Assembly: GCA_013239625.1 (NCBI GenBank)
Contig: MU053695.1
Coordinates: forward strand, 1 to 42,851
Source: Lama guanicoe
Taxonomy: Eukaryota
Direction: 5' to 3'
DNA: 42,851 nt
Shown: in pieces, positions 37,820 through 42,851 of the stretch
Layout: each line of letters starts with the position of its first letter
Position numbering within the stretch: the first letter of the stretch is position 1
Notes under the pieces: model-generated
Seen by the model: only the letters and a program-made list of their open reading frames with translations
Told to the model about the DNA's origin: nothing
Database searches by the model: none
Position numbers and translations under genes: made by a program

Positions 37820-39833
37820 ACCAGCCTGCATTTTGTGTCCGGGAGTCCGGGGGGAATAGACCCAAGTGCACAGATGAACGTCCATTTCTATCTAACGGAA
37901 GCACACGCAAAGCCCTTCTGAAGGGGAGACCCTGGGCCTTACATCTAGACCTTGTAGCAAAGATGAGATGGTTCATGCTCTTGGTTTCTACCCCCAACTC
38001 AGCGGCAGCCCACAGAGCTAGGAAGCAACCAGCTGGGAAGGCCTAGGACAACAGGCTCACATTCCAAATGGGTGGAAGATGTTCCCACCCAGGGGACGCG
38101 GCGGCCGGCTGCCAGCCGTGGAATGTCTGGATGGACCCTGGCAGGATGGACCTCGAAATTTAGGCCAGCTACAAGAGCCCGCCTTGCGGCTCCTCACACA
38201 TCCATGGCACAGCTGCTTGAACTACCTGAAAATGAAGCCAAGCACGGCCGCATGTGGGTAGTTTGTGTCGGATACCCACCTTGAGGCCCTCGTGCCCCGA
38301 CCCTGATTCTGACGGTGCCCGCGCTGGGACACCACAGAGGAGGAGCACCCCATCCTGGACGTCAACGTGTCATGTGGACTGGCTGCGTACATGCAATTCT
38401 TTCTCTGTGGAAAGCTTGGTGTGATGGAGCCCTGTCCTAGTGGACACTTGTTTTTGTGATGCAGAGGAATAGGACTGTGCTTGTTTCACACGTTCTGTGG
38501 AAAGCCCGACGTGGTATCGGGCACGTCCCGGGCTTCGGGACGACTTGGATTTCCTGAAGTGTATTCAAACTCTAGAACATCAGCCCTCCTGAGAAAGGAA
38601 TTCCCTGCTAGCCGCTGTCAGATGCCAAACTAGGGTGTCAAGGTGTCTGCCTGGAAGGACGCAAGGCATGGCTTGCGCACCGCAAGCGACGCTTCCTTCA
38701 CAAGCACCCTTTCTGCTTGCCTGCTCCAGTGAGATTTCTTCGGACAGAAGTCATGGAGCACACGGTAGCCTGGCCTTGGGGGCTTCCCCTTCAGAAAGCC
38801 CCACCCCCACAAGTGCCCCCAGCCGCCCCTGCCCCCAGGCCCCACTCCCTACTTTGGAGTGGAGTGGGAGGCAATTCAAGGGCTTCTGGGATCAGTGCCT
38901 CCCGAGCCCTAGTGTGGAGTTTGGTGGCAAGGGAACCTATGCTCCTGCCGTGCTTCTTGGGAATTCTGCGTGTGGACTATTTCCTGGGACAGCAGAGAAA
39001 CGGACCCTTTCCCATGGAACTCAAGCCGAGAGAGAGCTGCTAAACCACCATGAGAAAGAACCAGCGACACCAACTCAAATGTCCAAACGTGGTCCACTAG
39101 AAATGCGCTTCCTGCAGTCGGAAGCCTTGGACAACGGATGCAGCTTTCTGTGCAGCTGCACGTCAGGACTTGTGAGAGAGGAGCTGTGGGTGGGCCACAG
39201 GGCTACCGCTCCCATGTCCATTTCAACGGGGCCAAAGAGATTAATGAAAGGAAAAACAAAACTACCTCAGCCACTCTCAATCATTTGGCCCAATGGCTTC
39301 CTTAAACACAGCCCAGCCAAAGCCTTCCCTGCAGTCTCAGGGGGCCATTTCTCCCCTCGTCCACACCCCTGAGAGGGCAGGAAAGCATTTCAGATGAGCC
39401 AGCAGGAGAGCCCAGGTGCTGATGTCTACTTACCGTAGGACGTGCGTGAGTCATCCATGGCCGGAGAGACACCCGTCCGGCACAGAGGCTGCTGGCCAAA
39501 TGCTGAGTTCCCAAGAGCACGGGCCTTATCAAGGGATCGGGCACGCCCCGCCCCTATTTATGGAAATCGCTGCCTCGGGGTCCCAGCCCCCCTTCCACCT
39601 TGAGAACGTTGAAGTGTTCCCATTTCCCATGTTTTCTCGTTAGGGGACTTGGACTAAAAGGCCAATCCAGAGGCCAGCAAGGACCTTTATTTGGAAGCCT
39701 GGCATCCTCCGTTCCCCGGGCTGAATGGACTCCAGGGCTCTCTGGTTTTCACACGTTTTCCCGTTCCACACAGTGTTTGCTCTCCCTGGCGTTCCCCGGC
39801 CCTGGCTTCGTGGTGACAAGGCTTGGCCCCACT

Positions 39834-40685
39834 NNNNNNNNNNNNNNNNNNNNNNNNNNNNNNNNNNNNNNNNNNNNNNNNNNNNNNNNNNNNNNNNNNN
39901 NNNNNNNNNNNNNNNNNNNNNNNNNNNNNNNNNNNNNNNNNNNNNNNNNNNNNNNNNNNNNNNNNNNNNNNNNNNNNNNNNNNNNNNNNNNNNNNNNNNN
40001 NNNNNNNNNNNNNNNNNNNNNNNNNNNNNNNNNNNNNNNNNNNNNNNNNNNNNNNNNNNNNNNNNNNNNNNNNNNNNNNNNNNNNNNNNNNNNNNNNNNN
40101 NNNNNNNNNNNNNNNNNNNNNNNNNNNNNNNNNNNNNNNNNNNNNNNNNNNNNNNNNNNNNNNNNNNNNNNNNNNNNNNNNNNNNNNNNNNNNNNNNNNN
40201 NNNNNNNNNNNNNNNNNNNNNNNNNNNNNNNNNNNNNNNNNNNNNNNNNNNNNNNNNNNNNNNNNNNNNNNNNNNNNNNNNNNNNNNNNNNNNNNNNNNN
40301 NNNNNNNNNNNNNNNNNNNNNNNNNNNNNNNNNNNNNNNNNNNNNNNNNNNNNNNNNNNNNNNNNNNNNNNNNNNNNNNNNNNNNNNNNNNNNNNNNNNN
40401 NNNNNNNNNNNNNNNNNNNNNNNNNNNNNNNNNNNNNNNNNNNNNNNNNNNNNNNNNNNNNNNNNNNNNNNNNNNNNNNNNNNNNNNNNNNNNNNNNNNN
40501 NNNNNNNNNNNNNNNNNNNNNNNNNNNNNNNNNNNNNNNNNNNNNNNNNNNNNNNNNNNNNNNNNNNNNNNNNNNNNNNNNNNNNNNNNNNNNNNNNNNN
40601 NNNNNNNNNNNNNNNNNNNNNNNNNNNNNNNNNNNNNNNNNNNNNNNNNNNNNNNNNNNNNNNNNNNNNNNNNNNNNNNNNNNNN
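39834..40685. other. Assembly gap (852 N)
   Basis: Run of n. Confidence 1.
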
Positions 40686-41045
40686 GGTGGTTGTGGGGGA
40701 GGGGAGCGGGAAGGGGGAGGGGAGGGGGAGTCGAGGACAAGCAGGAGGAGGAGGAGGAAGAGAAGGAGAAGGGGAATTCCAAAGCTGCCTTGAGAATGGT
40801 GGCAGAGCTGTGCTAGGAAGGAATATTTGGCTGCAACATACAAACCCATCTGACATTTGAGCTGAGCCTAGGCCCTAGATCCTTGAAACATGGAAACCCC
40901 AAACACATAATGAGCCGTCTTAAGTGTACTCTTTTGCCACCCTTGTTCATAAGACTCAGCCATGTGCACTGAGATCGAGACTGCGAGCTTCTTCAGCAAC
41001 AGTTGGGGATCAGTCTAATTCAACCAGCACTTGGTTCAAACGATG

Positions 41046-41200
41046 CTTGTGTGTGTGGGTGTGTGTGTGCTGTAAGTGTTTTTGGCCAAGATGGAATAAG
41101 AAAGGGAGAGAGAGAGAGAGAGAGAACCAGAGAGAGGCAGAAGGAGACACGCAATTGAGGGAGGTAGGGATGAAGGGCGTGAGCGAGAGAGAGAGATTGA
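41046..41200. repeat. (GT)n and (GA)n microsatellites downstream of DUXC copy C
   Basis: gtgtgtgtgggtgtgtgtgtg; gagagagagagagagagaga. Confidence 0.85.
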
Positions 41201-41564
41201 TTGCCTGCCTGATATCCCCAGCACCTTGGTTAATTGGAGCCCTGCTGAGAATAATCTGGCTATAATCTGGGAAGAAGAGAAGTGCTAGGAGTTTTGAGTA
41301 ACGGTGCTCCCCTCTACTGGCCCTAATGGAAGCTCTCTTGCTTCCAGAATCCCAGTGACGGTGGTTCATTGTTGTAGGAATTCCAAGAGAATCTAGTTTG
41401 CAAGTAGAAGCTGGATTCTTATCAAGGGCCCCCGACCCTCTTCCCATTCATTCCCAGGCAACGGAGAACATGGTGAATCTCTGAGGAGTGGCATGGATGC
41501 TGGGGCCCAGACTACAAAGGGACCAAAACAGAGCCAAAGACGTTGCGTTGAGTTCAAAGCCAGG

Positions 41565-41570
41565 TTTATT
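41565..41570 (-). terminator. AATAAA polyadenylation signal of DUXC copy C
   Basis: Same position relative to the stop codon as in copy A. Confidence 0.65.
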
Positions 41571-41824
41571 GGATCAAGGAAATGTCAGAGAGAACCCGCA
41601 AGTCGACCTCTAAGGCAAGAGGACTTGGGCCATCCTCTTGCTGGTTGGCATGCTAGCATCCCTTCCGACATCAGGGAGGATGCCCCTGCTAGTGCCCGTG
41701 CGTCCTGAGAGCGCCCGGGGAGCACGCCAGGGCTGAGGGAGGCCACGCAGTGGCCCCAGCAGTCTGGGCGCCTTGCCCTTGCTGCCGAGCCCTAGGAGTG
41801 TGGCTGGCTCCTCGTCCTTTGTTC

Positions 41825-42702
41825 TCAGCCGTGGCTCGGCATCCCAGGGAAAGAGGCCTGAATTGGGCTCGACCAAAGGCATTCCTGAGGCCCTGGTGAG
41901 CCTGGCAGCATGTCCAGGAGGGCCTGGAATTCGTCATCACTGAGGGGTTCTTCCACGGTTGGCCAGAGTCCCTCTTCCGGGGTGCCGTCGCTCAGGAAAG
42001 GTTGTGCCTTTTCCAGAAGGCTGGCGTCTGACAAGAGTTCATCTAAGAGGCTCCCTGAGCCTGTGGCGCCTGAGGGCTGGGGCTGCGGGTGGAGCGGAGG
42101 AGACGTGAGTTGATCCGATGGGGCCTGCTGTTGCCACAGGTGTGTCTCGGCCTGTTCGGGCTGCAGAATTGCCGCGTGGGGGCTGCGCGGCTGAGCCGGA
42201 TGCTGCCCGGTCTGTGGAGGACCGCTGCGGGGGACAGGCTGAGGGGGTGCTGCCGCGCCAGGGTGCAGGCTGTGGTGCGGGCAGGGCCCTCCGTGGGCAG
42301 AGGGCGTGAGTGCCGCGTGCACGGGTGCGAGACCCCCTCCTGGACTCGGCCCTGCTGTGGTGCCGCTTGGGTCTGTTCCCGGATGTGAGTTCTCACTCCC
42401 CTCCAAGCCGGGGTGGGCTGGAGCACCAGGAGCATCAGTGGCTGGCCCACCCAGCCACCAGGGGGCGCACAAGGCACAAAGAATCTGGGGGACAGAGGAG
42501 GGGCTGCCGCGGCAAGGGACAGGAAGCTGTCCAGTGGGTCAGTTGGAGGCAAGTGATGAGCGCCATGGTGGATGTTGGGCGGGGGCCTTTGGTCCGATGG
42601 GACAGTCGGGGCTGGTCTGGCATCGGGGTCTTCTGCCCGGGCCTTGGCAGGCGCCCCACTGCTCTGCTCCGGGTGCCGAGCTCTCCGGTTCTGAAACCAT
42701 AT
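41825..42702 (-). pseudogene. DUXC: DUXC-like copy C terminal exon with one frameshifted region
   Basis: cctag|IWFQNRRARHPEQSS...; a net 4-nt deletion at ~42387-42403 shifts the frame. The downstream frame (ORF 41825-42472) ends with SLLDELLSDASLLEKAQPFL...LSDDEFQALLDML. Confidence 0.88.
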
Positions 42703-42851
42703 CTAGGCAAGATGAGAGAAAGGGAGACAGGTTCATGAGAAGCAAGATCTTCCAAGTCGCCTTGCAACCGCCATGCCAGCACCCCTGGTCTAACAGGCTC
42801 CGGGCAAAAACACTGCCTTCGGCTAGGTTTTGACCCAGGGTCATGTGACCT

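Larger units (their letters stand above)
41244..42851. repeat. Direct-repeat copy of window positions 1-~1647 (DUXC unit 3' part)
   Basis: gctgagaataatctggctataatctgggaa at both 1 and 41244; colinear to the window end with scattered substitutions and indels. Confidence 0.97.

Noticed and set aside
37260..37997. 245-aa ORF containing HD1 as a single-exon gene
   Set aside because: Homeodomain similarity is confined to 37578-37732 between splice sites; the rest is intron or upstream read-through.
38635..39372. 245-aa plus-strand ORF in the spacer
   Set aside because: Non-ATG start, GC-rich low-complexity composition, no recognisable domain.
39552..39563. CArG (SRF) box
   Set aside because: CC and GG are separated by seven A/T bases, not six.
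39600..40860. Six long ORFs of 345-397 aa
   Set aside because: Artefacts of translating through the 852-N gap.

Overview
Mammalian genomic DNA, probably a camelid or other cetartiodactyl (inferred from the L1 3' end at ~8.5 kb and the lack of recognisable Alu/BovB/PRE-1/SINEC elements). It covers a degenerate tandem array of intron-containing double-homeobox genes of the DUXC type (DUX4/Dux family, with the C-terminal LLDELL/LLDML activation motifs), all on the minus strand. Three damaged copies are visible. Copy A (1-1829) has only the terminal exon and part of the last intron. Copy B (~33810-37819) has the HD1, linker and HD2 exons but a truncated terminal exon. Copy C (41244-42851) has the terminal exon and runs off the window. 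The B-to-C spacing is ~8.7 kb and includes an 852-N gap. Between A and B lies a ~32 kb mosaic block containing a diverged unprocessed MAPK1 (ERK2) 5'UTR/exon-1/CpG-island fragment, a 3'-truncated L1, a two-LTR non-autonomous ERV1 provirus (tRNA-Arg PBS, no target-site duplication), a GC-rich promoter-like fragment, several orphan exon-like segments and many old L1/MaLR/L2/MIR remnants. No intact protein-coding gene is supported. Old-repeat boundaries are approximate and family calls are by eye.
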